Part shown: positions 1 through 12,900 of the stretch, piece after piece
Layout of the letters: each line of letters begins with the position of its first letter
How positions within the stretch are numbered: the stretch's first letter is position 1
Source: the human T2T-CHM13v2.0 reference genome, Homo sapiens
Direction: 5' to 3' (one strand)
DNA: 64,000 bases
NCBI RefSeq assembly: GCF_009914755.1
Contig: NC_060937.1
The notes under the pieces: model-generated
Seen by the model: only the letters and a program-made list of their open reading frames with translations
Told to the model about the DNA's origin: nothing
Databases searched by the model: none
Made by a program: the position numbers and the translations under genes

Positions 1-988
1 ATGCTTCGACCTAGTTTTTATGTGAAGATATTTCCTTTTCCACCTTAGGCCTGCACAATGAAAAGTGCACAATGAAAAGTAAGTTTCAACTCTGTGAGAT
101 GAAAGCACACATCACGAAAAAGTTTGTCAGAATGCTTCTGTCTACTTTTTGTTTGAAGATATTTCCTTTTCCACCTTAGGCCTAAAAGTGCTCCAAATGT
201 CCACTTGCAGATTCTACAAAAAGAGAGTTTCAAAGCTGCTCAATGAAAAGAAAGTTTCTACTCTCTGAGATGAATGCACACATCACAAAAAAGTTTGTCA
301 GAATGCATCTGTCTAGTTTTTATGTAAAGATACTTCCTTTTCCACCACAGCCCCCAAAGCGCTCCAAATATCCACTTGCAGATTCTACAGAAAGAGTGTT
401 TGAAAACTGATCAATGAAAAGTAAGGTTCAACTCTGTACGATGAATGCACACATCACAAAGAAGTTTGTCAGAATGCTTTGGTCTAGTTTTTATATGAAG
501 ATATTTCCTTTTCCACCATAGGCCTCAAAGTGTGAAAAATGTCCATTCCAGATTCTACAGAAAGAGTGTTTCCAATCTGTTCAATGAAATGGAGGGTTCA
601 ACTCTGTGAGATGAATGCACACATCAAAAAGAAGTTTGTCAGAATGCTTCTGTCCCATTATTACATGAAAATATTTCGTTGTCCACCATAGGCCTCAAAG
701 CGCTCCAAATGTCAACTTGCAGATTCTACAAAAAGCGTGTTTCAAAGCTGCTCAATCAAAAGGAAGTTTTAACTCTGTGAGATGATTGCACATGTCACAA
801 AGAAGTTTGTCAGAACGCTTCTGTTTAGTTTTTATGTGAAGATATTTCCTTTTCCACCATAGTCCTCAAAGCGCTCCAAATGTCCACTTGTAGATTCTAC
901 AAAAAGAGTGTTTTAAAACTGCTCCATGAAAAGAAATGTTCAACACAGTAAGATGGAGGCATATATCGCAAAGAAGTTTGTCAGAATG
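1..988 (-). repeat. Alpha satellite, monomeric (~171 bp units), reverse orientation
   Basis: About 6 tandem units reading AAGAAGTTTGTCAGAATGCTTCTGTCTAGTTTTTATGTGAAGATATTTCC, the reverse complement of the alphoid consensus. Same CATTCTGACAAAC variant as 989-5400. Confidence 0.97.
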
Positions 989-3900
989 TTTTGAAACACC
1001 GTTTTTGTAGAATCTGCAAGTGGACATTTGGAGCACTATGAGGCCTATCGCGGAAAAGGAAATGTCTTCACATGAAAACTAGACAGAAGCATTCTGACAA
1101 ACTTCTTTGTGATGTGTGCATTCATCTCACAGTGCTGAAACTTGCTTTCAATTGAGCAGTTTTGAAACACTCTTTTTGAAGTATCTGCAAGTGGACATTT
1201 GGAGCGCTTTGAGGCCCATGGTGGGAAAGGAAATATCTTCACATAAAAACCAGACAGATGCATTCTGACAATTTTCTTTGTGATATGTGCATTGATCTCA
1301 CAGAGTTGAATCTTACTTTTCATTGAGCAGTTTTGAACCACTCTTTTTGTAGAATCTGCAATTGGATATTTAGAGCACTTTGAGGCCTATGATGGAAAAG
1401 GAAATATCTTCACATAAAAACGAGACAGAAGCATTCTGACAAACTTCTTTTGATATGTGCATTCATCTCACAGAGATGAAACTTTCTTTTGATTGAGCAG
1501 CTTTTAAACATTCTTTTTGTAGAATCTGCAAGTGGACAATTTGAGCGCTTTGAGGCCTATGGTGGAAATGGAAATATCTTCATATAAAAACTAGACATAA
1601 GCATTCAGAAAAAGTTTTCTGTGATGTGTGCATTCACCTCAAAGTGCTGAACCTTACTTTCAATGGAGCAGCTTTGAAACACTCTTTTTGTAGAATTTGC
1701 AAGTGGACATTGGAGAGCTTTGAGGCCTATGGGTGGACAAAGAAATATCTTCATATAATAACTAGACGGAAGCATTATGAGAAACTTCTTTGTGATGTGT
1801 GCATTCATCTCACACAGAGTTGAACCTTTCTTTGGAATGAGCAGCTTTGAAACACTCTTTTTGTAGAATCTGCAAGTGGACATGTGGAGCACTTTGAGGC
1901 CCATTGTGGAAAAGGAAATATCTTCATATAAAACTAGACAGAAGCTTTCTGACAAACTTCTTTGTGATGTGTGCATTCAGCTCACAAAGTTGAACATTTC
2001 TTTTCATTGAACAGCTTTGAAACATTCTTTTTGTTGAATCTGCAAGTGGACATTTGGAGCGATTTGTAGCCTATTGTGGAAAAGGACATATCATCAAATA
2101 AAAACTAGACATACACATTCTGACAAACTTCTTTGTGATGTGTGCATTCATCTCACAGAGTTGAATCTTTCTTTTCATTGAACAGCTTTGAAACACTCTT
2201 TTTGTAGAATCTGCAAGTGGACATTTGCTGCGCTTTGGGGCCAAAGTTGGAAAAGGAAGTATCTTCACTTAAAAACTAGACAGAAGCCTTCTGACAAACT
2301 TCTTTGTGATGTGGGCATTCACCTCACAGATTTGAACCTTGCTTTTCATTGAGCAGCTTTGAAACACTCTTTTTGTAGAATCTGCAAATGGACATTTGGA
2401 GCGATTTGCGGCCAGTGCTGGAAAGCGAAATATTTTCACAAAAAACCTGACAGAAGCATTGACAAACTTCTTTGTTATGTGTGCATTCATCTCACAGAGT
2501 TGAACTTTTCTTTTGATTGAGCAGCTTTGAAACACTCTTTTTGTAGAATCTGTAAGTGGACATTCGGTGCGCTTTGAGGTCTATGGTTGAAAAAGAAACA
2601 TCTTCACATAAAAACTAGACAGCAGCATTCTGACAAAAAACATTGTGATGTGTGCATTCATCTCACAGAGTAGAAACTTACTTTCATTGAGCAGTTTTTA
2701 AACACTCTTTTTCTAGAATCTGCAAGTGGACTTTTGGAGCCCTTTGAGGCCTATATTGGAAAAGAAAATATCTTCACATAAACACTAGACAGAAGCATTC
2801 TGACAAACTACTTTGTGATGTGTGCATTCATCTAACACAGTTGAACTTTCTTCTGACCGAGCACCTTTGAAACACTCTTTTTGTAGAATCTGCAAGTGGA
2901 CATTTTGAGCGCTGGAGTCCAATCGTGGAAAAGGAAATATCGTCATATAAAAAGTAGACAGAATCATTCTGACAATCTTCTGTGTGAAGTCTGCATTCAT
3001 CTCACAGAATAGAACCTTTCTTTTGATTGAGCAGCTTTGAAACACTCTTTATGTACAATCTGTAAGTGGACATTTGGAGCTCTTTGAGGCCTATGATGGA
3101 AAAGGAAATATCTTCACATAAAAACTAGGCAGACGTATTCTGACCAACATCTTTGTGATATGTGCATTCTTCTCACAGAGTTGAACCTTACTTTTGATTG
3201 AGCAGTTTTGACACACTCTTTTAGTAGAATCTGCAAGTGGATATTTTGAGTGCTTTGAGAGCCAATGGTGGAAAAGGAAACATCTTCACATAAAACCTAC
3301 ACAGAAACATTCTGACAAAGTACTTTGTGATGTGTGCATTCATCTCACAAAGTTAAACATTTCTTTTGATTGAGCAGCTTTGAAACACTCTTTTTGTAGA
3401 ATCTGCAAGGGGACATTTGGAGCGCTTTGAAGCCAATGTTGTAAAAGAAAATATCTACACATAAAAGCTAGACAGAAGCTTTCTGAAAAACTTCTTTTTG
3501 ATGTGTGCATTCATCTCACAGAGTTGAACCTCTCTTTTGATTGAGGAGCTTTGAAACACTCTTTTTGTACAATCTGCAAGGACCATTTGGAGCACTTTGA
3601 CGGCTATGGTGGAAAAGGACTATCTTCACTTAAAAACTAGACAGAAGCATTATGACAAACTTCTTTTTGATACGTGCATTCATATCACAGAGTTGAACTT
3701 TCTTTTAATTGAGCAGTTTTCAAACACTCCTTGTGTAGAATCTGCAAGTGGACATTTGGAGCCCTTTGGGGCCTATGGTGGAAAAGGAAATATTTTCACA
3801 TAAAAACTAGACAGAGGCATTCTAATAAACTTCTTTTTGATGTGTGCATTCATATCACAGAGTTGAACATTACTTTTGATTGAGCAGTTTGGAAAATTTC

Positions 3901-6900
3901 TTTTTGTAGAATCTGCAAGTGGACATTTGGAGCACTTTGAGCCCTATGATAGAAAAGGAAATATGTTCACATAACTAGACAGAAGCATTCTGACAACCTT
4001 CTTTGTGATGTGTGCATTCATCTAACAGAGATGAACCTTACTTTTCATTGAGAAGTTTTGAGACACACTTTTTGTAAAATCTGCAAGTGGACATTGGGAG
4101 CATTTTGCGACCAATGGTGGAAAAGGAAAATCTTCACATAAAAACTAGACAGAAGCATTCTGTTAAACTTCTTTGTGATGTGTGCATTCGCCTCCCAGAG
4201 TGGAACCTTACTTTTCACTGAGCAGTTTTCGAACACTCTTTTTGTGGAATCTGCATACGGATATTTAGTGCTCTTTGAGGCCTATGATGAAAAAGGAAAT
4301 ATCTTCACATAAAAACCGGACAGAAGCATTCTGACACACTTCTTGGTGATGGGTGCATTCAGCTCACAGGGTTGAACCTTTCTTTTGATTGAGCAGCTTT
4401 GAAACACTTTTTTTTTTTTTTAGAATCGGCAAGTGGATATTTGGAGCGGTTTGAGGCCTATGGTGGAAAAGGAAATATCTTCACATAAAAACTGGACAGA
4501 AACATTCTCACAAACTGCTTTGTGATGTGTGCATTCATCTCACAAAGTTGAAACTTTCTTTTGATTGAGCAGCTTTGAAACACTCTTTGTAGAGTCTGCA
4601 AGTGGACATTTGGAGCACTTTGAGGCCTACAGTGGAAAAGGAAATACCTTCACATAAAAATTAGACAGAAGGATTCTGAGAAACTTCTTTGTGATGTGTG
4701 CATTCATCTCACAGAGTTGAACCTTACTTTTCATTGAGCAGTTTTGAAACACTCTTTTTGTAGAATCTGCAAGTGGACATTTGGAGAACTTTGAGGCCTG
4801 TGGTGTAAAAGGAAATATCTTCACATAAAAACTAGACAGAAGCATTCTGACAAACGTCTTTGTGATGTGTGCTTTCATCTCACAGAGTTGAACATTTCTT
4901 TTGATTTAGCAGCTTTGAAACACTCTTTTTGTAGAATCTGCCGTTGGACATTTGCGGCACTTCAAGCCAATGGTAGAAAAGGAAATACCTTCACATAGAA
5001 AGTAGATAGAGCCAGTCTTACAAACTTCTTTGTGATGTGTGCATTCATCTCACAGTATTGAACCTTTCTTTTGATTGAGCAGCTTTGAAACCCTCTTTTT
5101 GCAGAATCTGCAAGTGGACATTTGGAGCGCCTTGTGGACTATTGTAGAATAAGGAATATCTTCACATAAAAACTAGACAGGAGCATTCTGACAAACTTCT
5201 TAGTGATATGTGCATTCATCTTGCATCATTGAACCTCCCCTTTGATGGAGTAGTTCTGAAACTGTCTTTTTGTAGAATCTGCATGTGGAGATTTTGAGAG
5301 CTTTTAGGCCTATGTTGCAAAAGGAAATATCTTCATATAGAAACTAGACAGAAGCATTCTGACAACCTTCTTTCTGACATGGGCATTCATCTCACAGAGT
5401 TGAACTTTCCTTTTTATGGACCAGTTTTGAAATACTCTTTTTGTAGAATGTGTAAGTGGACATTTAGAGCATCTCGAGGCCTATGGTGGAAAATGAAATA
5501 TCTTCACATAAAACTAGACAGAAGAATTCTGAGTGAGAAACTTCTTTGTGATGTGTGCGTTCATCTCACAGAGTTGAACCTTTCTTTTGATTGAGCAGTT
5601 TGCAAACACAATTTTTGTAGATTCTGCAAGTGGACATTTGGAGTGCTTTGCGGCCTATGGTAGAAAAGGAAATATCCTCACATAAAACCTAGACAGAAGC
5701 AATGTGAGAAACTTCTTTTTGATTTGTGCATTCATCTCACAGAGTTAAACATTTCTTTTGATTGAGCAGTTTTGAAACACTCCTTTTGTGGAATCTGCAA
5801 GTGGACATTTGGAGGGCTTTGAGGCCTATGGTAGAAAAGGAAATATCTTCACATAAAATCTAGACAGAAGCAATCTGAGAAACATCTTTGTGATGTATGC
5901 ATTCATCTCACAGAGTTAAACCCTTCTTTGTTTGAGCAGTTTTGAAAATCTTTTTTTATAGAATCTGTAAGAGGACATTTTGAGGGCTTTGAGGCCTTTG
6001 GTGAAAAAGGAAATATCTTCACATAAAACTAGACAGAAGAATTCTGAGAAACTTCTTTGTGATGTGTGCATTCATCTCACAGAGTTGAACCTTTCTTTTG
6101 ATTGAGCAGTTTGGAAACACGATTTTTATAGATTCTGCAAGTGGACATTTGGAGCACTTTGCGGCCTATGGTAGAAAAGGAAATATCTTCACATAAAACC
6201 TAAACAGAAGCAATGTGAGAAACTTCTTTGTGATGTGTGTATTCATCTCACAGAGGTAACCCTTTCTTTCAATAGAGCAGTTTAGAAATGCTCTTTTTGT
6301 AGGATCTGCAAGTGGACATTTGGAGCGCATTTAGTCCTGTGGTGGAAAAGAAAATATCTTCACATAAGTACTAGACAGAAGAATTCTGAGAAACTTATTT
6401 GTGATGTGTGCATTCATCTCACAGAGCTGAACCTTTCTTTTGATTGAGCAGTTTGGAAACACTCTTTTTGTGGAATCTGCAAGTGGTCATTTGGAGCGCT
6501 TTGCGGCCTAAGATAGAAAAGCAATAACTTCACATAAAATCTAGACAGAAGCAATCTGAGAAACTTCTTTGTGATGTGTCCATTCATACCACAGAGTTAA
6601 AACTTTCTTTTGATTGAGGAGTTTTGAAACTCCTTTTTTGTAGAATCTGCTCATGGACACTTGGAGGGCTTTGAGGCCTATTGTGGAAAAGGAAATATCT
6701 TCACATAAAAACTAGACAGAAGAATTCTGAGAAACTTCTTTTTGATATGTACGTTCTTCTCACAGAGTTGAATCTTTCTTTTGATTGAGCAGTTTTGAAA
6801 CTCTCTTTTTGTAGAATCTGCAAGTGGACATTTGGAGCGCTTTGAGGCCTATGGTGGAAAAGGAAATATCTTCACGTAAAAACTAGATAGAAGCATTCTG

Positions 6901-9900
6901 AGAAACTGCTTTGTGATGCGTGCATTCATCTCCCAGAGTTGAACGTTTCTTTTGATGGACCAGTTTTGAAATACTCTTTTTGTATAATCTGCAAGTGGAC
7001 ATTTCGAGCGCTTTGTCTCCTATTGTGAAAAAGGAAATATCTTCACTTAAAATCTAGACAGAAGCAATCTGAGAAACTTCTTTTTGATGTGTGCGTTCAT
7101 CTCACAGAGTTAAAACTTTCTTTTGATTGAACAGTTTTGAAAATCTCTTTTTGTAGTATCTGTAAGTGGACATTTGGAGTGCTTTGAGGCCAATGGTAGA
7201 AAAGGAAATCACTTCACATAAAAACTAGACAGAAGAATTCTGAGAAACTTCTTTGTGATGTGTCCATTCATCTCACAGAGTTGAACCTTTCTTTTGTTTG
7301 AGCAGTATGGAAACACCCTTTTGGTAGAATCTGCAGGTTGACATTTGACGTCCTTTGAGGCCTTGGTTGAAAAGGAAATATCCTCACATAAAATCCAGAC
7401 AGAAGCAATCTGGGAACCTTCTTTGTGATGTGTGCATTCATCTCCCAGAGTTAAACCTTTCTTCTGATTGAGCAGTTTTGAAACTGTCTTTTTGTAGAAT
7501 CTTCAAGTGAACATTTGGAGTGCATTTAGTCCTGTGGTGGAAAAGAAAATATCTTCACATAAAAACTAGACAGAAGAATTCTGGGAAACTTCTTTTATAA
7601 GCGTGCATTCATCTCACAGAGTTGAAGCTTTCTTTTGATTGAGCAGTTTGGAAACACTCTTTTTGTAGTATCTGCAAGTGGACATTTGGAGTGCTTTGCG
7701 GCCTGCGATAGAAAAGGAAATATCTTCACATAAAATCTGGAGAGAAGCAATCTGAAAAACTTCTTTGTGATGTGTGCCTTCATCTCAAAGAATTAAACCT
7801 TTCTTTTGATTGAGTAGTTTTGAAACACACTTTTTGTGGAGTCTGCTAATGGACATTTGGAAGGCTTTGAGGCCTATGGTGGAAAAGGAAATATCTTCAC
7901 ATAAAAAGTAGACAGAAGAATTCTGAGAAACTTCTTTGTTACATGTGCGTTCATTTCACAGAGTTGTACCTTTCTTTTGATTGAGCAGTTTGGAAACACT
8001 CTATTTGTAGAATCTGCAAGTGGACATTTGGAGCGCTTTATGGTAGAAAAGGTAATATCTTTACATAAAATCTAGACAAAAGCAAACTGAGAAACTACTT
8101 TCTGATGTGTGCATTCATCTCACAGTGTTAAACCTTTCTTTTGATTGAGGAGTTTTGTAGCTCTCTTTTTGTAGAATCTGCAAGTGGACATTTGGAGAGC
8201 TTTGGGGCCTATCGTGGAGAAGAAAATATCTTCACATAAAAACTAGACAGAAGAATTTTGAGAACCTTCTTTGTGATGCGTGGGTTCATCTCACAGAGGT
8301 CTATGGTAGAAAAGGAAATATCTTCACTTAAAATCTAGACAGAAGCAATTGGAGAAACTTCTTTGTGATGCGTGCATTCATCTCACAGAGTTAAACCTTT
8401 CTTTTAATTGAGCAGTTTTTAAACTCTCTTTTTGTAGAATGTGCAAGTGGACATTTGAGGCGCTTTGTGGCCTATGGTAGAAAAGAAAATATCTTCACAT
8501 ATCTAGACAGAAGCAATCTGAGAAACTTCTTTGTAATCTGTGCATTCTTCTCACAGAGTTAAGCCTTTCTTTTGATTGAGGAGTTTTGTAACTCTCTTTT
8601 TGTAGAATGTGCAAGTGGACATTTGTGCCACTTTGAGGCCTATGGTGGAAAAGGAAATATCTCCACATAAAAACTAGACAGAAGAATTCTGAGAAACTTC
8701 TATCCAATGTGTGCATTCATCTCACAGAGTTGAACATTTCTTTTGATAGAGCAGTTTTGAAACACTCTTTTTGTAGAATCTGCAAGTGGATATTTGGAGC
8801 CCTCTGAGTCCTATTGTGGAAAAGGAAATATCTTCACATAAAAACTAGAGAGAAGCATTCTTAGAAACTACTTTGTGATGTGTCCATTCATCTCATGGAG
8901 TTGAAACTTTCTTTTGATTAAGCAGTTTGGTAACAGTATTTTTGTAGCATCTGCAAAGGTATAATTGTGATTCCTTTATGGCCTATGGTTAAATAGGAAA
9001 TATCTTCACATAAAAACTAAACAGTAGCTTTCTGAGAAACTTCTCTGTGGTGTGTGATTTCATCTCACAGAGTTGAACAATTCCTTCAATTGAGAAGGTT
9101 GGAAATAGTCTTTTTGTACAACCTGCAAATGGATATTTGCTGCTCTTTGAGGCCAATGGTGAAAAAGGAAATATCTTCACATAAAAATTAGACGGAAGCA
9201 TTCTGAAAAACTTCTTTGTGACGTTTGCATTCATCTCACACAGTTGAACATTTCTTTGATCGGAGATTTGGAAACAGTCTTTTTGTAAACTCTACAAAGG
9301 GATAATTGTGAACCCTTTTAGGCCTATGGTGAAGTAGGAAATATCTTCATATAAAAACTACACAGAAACATTCTGAGAAAGTTTTTTGTGATGGGTGCAT
9401 TCATCTCACAGAGTTGAAGCTTTCTTTTGCTAGAGCAGTTTGGAAACAGTCCTTTGTAGAATCCCCAAAGGGATAATTCTGAGCCTATTGAGGCCTTTGG
9501 TGATGTAGGAAATATCTTCACATAAAAGCTAGACAGAAGCTTTCTGAGAAACTTCTTTTAAATGAGTGCTTTCATCTCAAAGAGTTGAGCATTTCTTTTG
9601 ACTGAGAAGTTTGGAAACACACTCTTTTCAGAATCTGCAAATGGATAATTGGAGCACATTGAGGCCTATAGTGAAAAAGCAAATATCTTCACATAAAAAC
9701 TAAACAGAAGCTTTCTGAGAAACTACTTTGTAATGCGTGCATTCATCTTACAGAGTTTAACCTTTCTTTTGATTGAGCAGTTTTGAAACTCTCTTTTTGT
9801 GGAATCTGCAAGTGGACACTTGGAGTGCTTTGACTTCTATGGTGGAAAGGGAAATATCTTCACATAAAAACGAGAGAGAAGCATTCTGAGAAACTTCTTT

Positions 9901-12900
9901 TTGATGTGTGCATTCACCTCACAGAGTTATATCTTTCTTTTGGTTGAACAGTTTTGAAACTCTGTTTTTGTAGAGTCTGCAGGTGGACATTTTGAGCGTT
10001 TTGAGGTCTATGTTGGAAAAGGAAATATCTTCACATAAAAACTAGACAGAAGCACTCTGAGAAACTTCTTTGTGATGTGTGCATTCATCTCACAGAGTTG
10101 AACCTCACTTTTGATTGAGCAGTTTGGAAACACTCTTTTTCTTGAATCTGCAAGTGGACATTTGGCACGCATTGTGAACAATGGCAGAAATGGAAATATC
10201 TTCACTTAAAATCTAGACAGAAGCAATCAGAGAAACTTCTTTGTGATGTGTGCATTCATCTCACAGAGTTAAAAGTTTCTTTTGATTAAGCAGTTTTGAA
10301 ACTGCCTTTTTGTAGAATCTGCAAGTGGATATTTGGAGCGCTTTGAGGTCTGTGTTGGAAAAGGAAATATCTTCACGTAAAAACTAGACACAAGCATTCT
10401 CAGAAACTTTTCTGTGACGTGTGCATTAAACTCACAGAGTTCAACATTTCTTTTGATAGAGCAGTTTTGAAACACTCAATTTGAAGAATCTGCAAGTGGA
10501 CATTTTGAGCGCTTTGAGGCCTATGGTGAAAAAGGAAATATCTTCACATAAAAATTAGACAGAAGCATTCTCAGAAACTTCTTTGTGATATTTGCATTCA
10601 ACTCACAGAGTTGAACATTCCCTTACATAGAGAAGTTTTGAAACAGTCTTTTTGTAGAATCTGCAAATGTATATGTGGAGCTCTTTGAGGCCTTCGGTGG
10701 AAACGGGAAATTCTTCACATAAGAGCAAGACAAGCACTCTCAGAAACTTTTTTGTGATGTGGTACATTCAACTCACAGAGTTGAACCTTCCTTTTAATAG
10801 AGCAGTTTTGAAACACTCTATTTGTAGAATCTGCAAGTGAACAATTGGAGCACTTTGAGGCCTGTGGTGGAAAAGGAAATATCTTCACATTAAAACTAGA
10901 CAGAAGCATTCTCAGAAACTTCTTTGTGATGTGTGCATTCAATTCAGAGAGTTAAACCAACCTTTTGATAGAGCAGTTTTGAAACACTGCTTTTGTAGAA
11001 TCTGCAACTGGATATATGGAGCCCTTTGAGGCCTATGGTAGAAAAGGAAATGTCTTCATATAAAAACTAGACAGAAGCATTCTCAGAAATTTCTTTGTGA
11101 TGTGGCATTCAAGTCACAGAGTTGGACCATCCTCTTCATAGAGCAGTTTTGAAACAGTCTTTTTGTAGAATCTGCAAGTGGATATTTGGAGCGTTTGGAG
11201 GCCTATGGTGGAAAAGGAAATATCTTCACATAAAGAGTAGAAAGAAGCATTCTCAGAAACTCCTTTGCTATGTGTCCATTAAACTCAGAGTGCTGAACCT
11301 TCCTTTTGATAGAGCAGTTTTGAAACACTCTTTTTGTAGAATCTGCAAGTGGACATTTGGAGCGCTTTGAGGTATATGGTAGAAAAGGAAATATCTTCAT
11401 ATAAAAACTAGACAGAAGCATTCTCAGAAACTAATTTATGATGTGTGCATTCAACTCAGACGGTTGAAACATTCTTTTGATAGAGCAGTTTTGAAAAGCT
11501 CTTTTTGTAGACTCTGCAAGTGGATAGTTGGAGTGCTTTGAGGCCTAAGCTGGAAACGGGAATATCTTCACATAAAAACTAGACAGAAGCATACTTAGAA
11601 ACTTCTTTGTGATGTTTGCATTCAACTCAGAGAGTTGAACTTTCCTTTTGATGGAACAGTTTTGAAATACTCTTTTTGTAGAATCTGCAATTGGATATTT
11701 GGAGCGATTTGAGTCCTATGGTAGAAAACGAAATATCTTCATATAAAAACTAGACACAGGTATTCTCAGAAACTGCATTGTGATGTTTGAATACAACTCA
11801 CAGAGTTGAAAATTTCTTTTGATAGAGCAGTTTTGAAACACACTTTTTGTAGAATCTGCAAGTGGATATGTGGAGCTCTTTCAGGCCTATGGTAGAAGGG
11901 GAATACCTTCACATAAAAAAGAGACAGAAGCATTCTCTGAAACTTCTTTGTGATGTGTCCATTCAACTCAGAGAGTTGAACCTTACTTTTGATAGAGTAG
12001 TTTTGAAACACTCTTTTTGTAGAATCTGCATGGGAATATTTGGAGTGCTTTTAAGTCTGAGGTAGAAAAAAATATCTTCATATAAAATCTACACAAAAGC
12101 ATTCTCAGAAACTTCTTTGTGATGTGTGCACTCAAGTCACAGTGTTGAACATCTCTTTTGATAGAGTAGCTTTGAAACACTCTTTTTGTACAATCTGAAT
12201 GTGGACATTTGGGGAGCTTTGAGGCCTGTGGTAGAAAAGGAAATATCTTCACATAAAAACAACACAGAAGCATTCTGAGGAACTGCTTTTTGATGTGTGC
12301 ATTCAACTCACAGAGTTGAACCTTTCTTTGATAGAGCAGTTTTGAAACACTCTTTTTGTAGAATCTGCAAGTGGACATTTGGAGCGCTTTAAGGTCTGTG
12401 TCGGAAAACGCAATATATTCACATAAAAACTAGACAGAAACATTCTCAGAAACTTCTTGGTGACGTGTGCATTCAACTCACAGAGTTGAACCTTTCTTTT
12501 GATAGAGCAGTTTTGGAGCACGCTTTTTGTAGAATCTGCAAGTGGACATTTGGAGTGCTTTGAGGCCTGTGGTGGAAAAGGAAATATCTTCACATAAAAA
12601 CTAGGCAGAAGCATTCTCAGAAACTTCTTTGTGATGTGTCCATTCAACTCACAGAGTTGAAACTTTTATTTGATAGAGCAGTTTTTAAAAACTCTTATTG
12701 AAGAATCCGCAAGTGGATATTTGGAGCGCTATGAGGCCTATGATGGAAAAAAAATTATCCTCACATGAAAACCAGACAGAAGCATTCTCAGAAACTTTTT
12801 TGTGTTGTGTGTATTCAACTCACACAGTTAAACATTTCTTTTGGTAGAAGAGGTTTGAAACACTCTTTTTGTAGAAGGTGGAAGTGGATATTAGGAGCGC

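Noticed and set aside
4408-4421. T14 run as a possible retroposon tail
   Set aside because: It is an expansion of the normal CTCTTTTTG tract; the monomer continues in phase with no inserted body or TSD.
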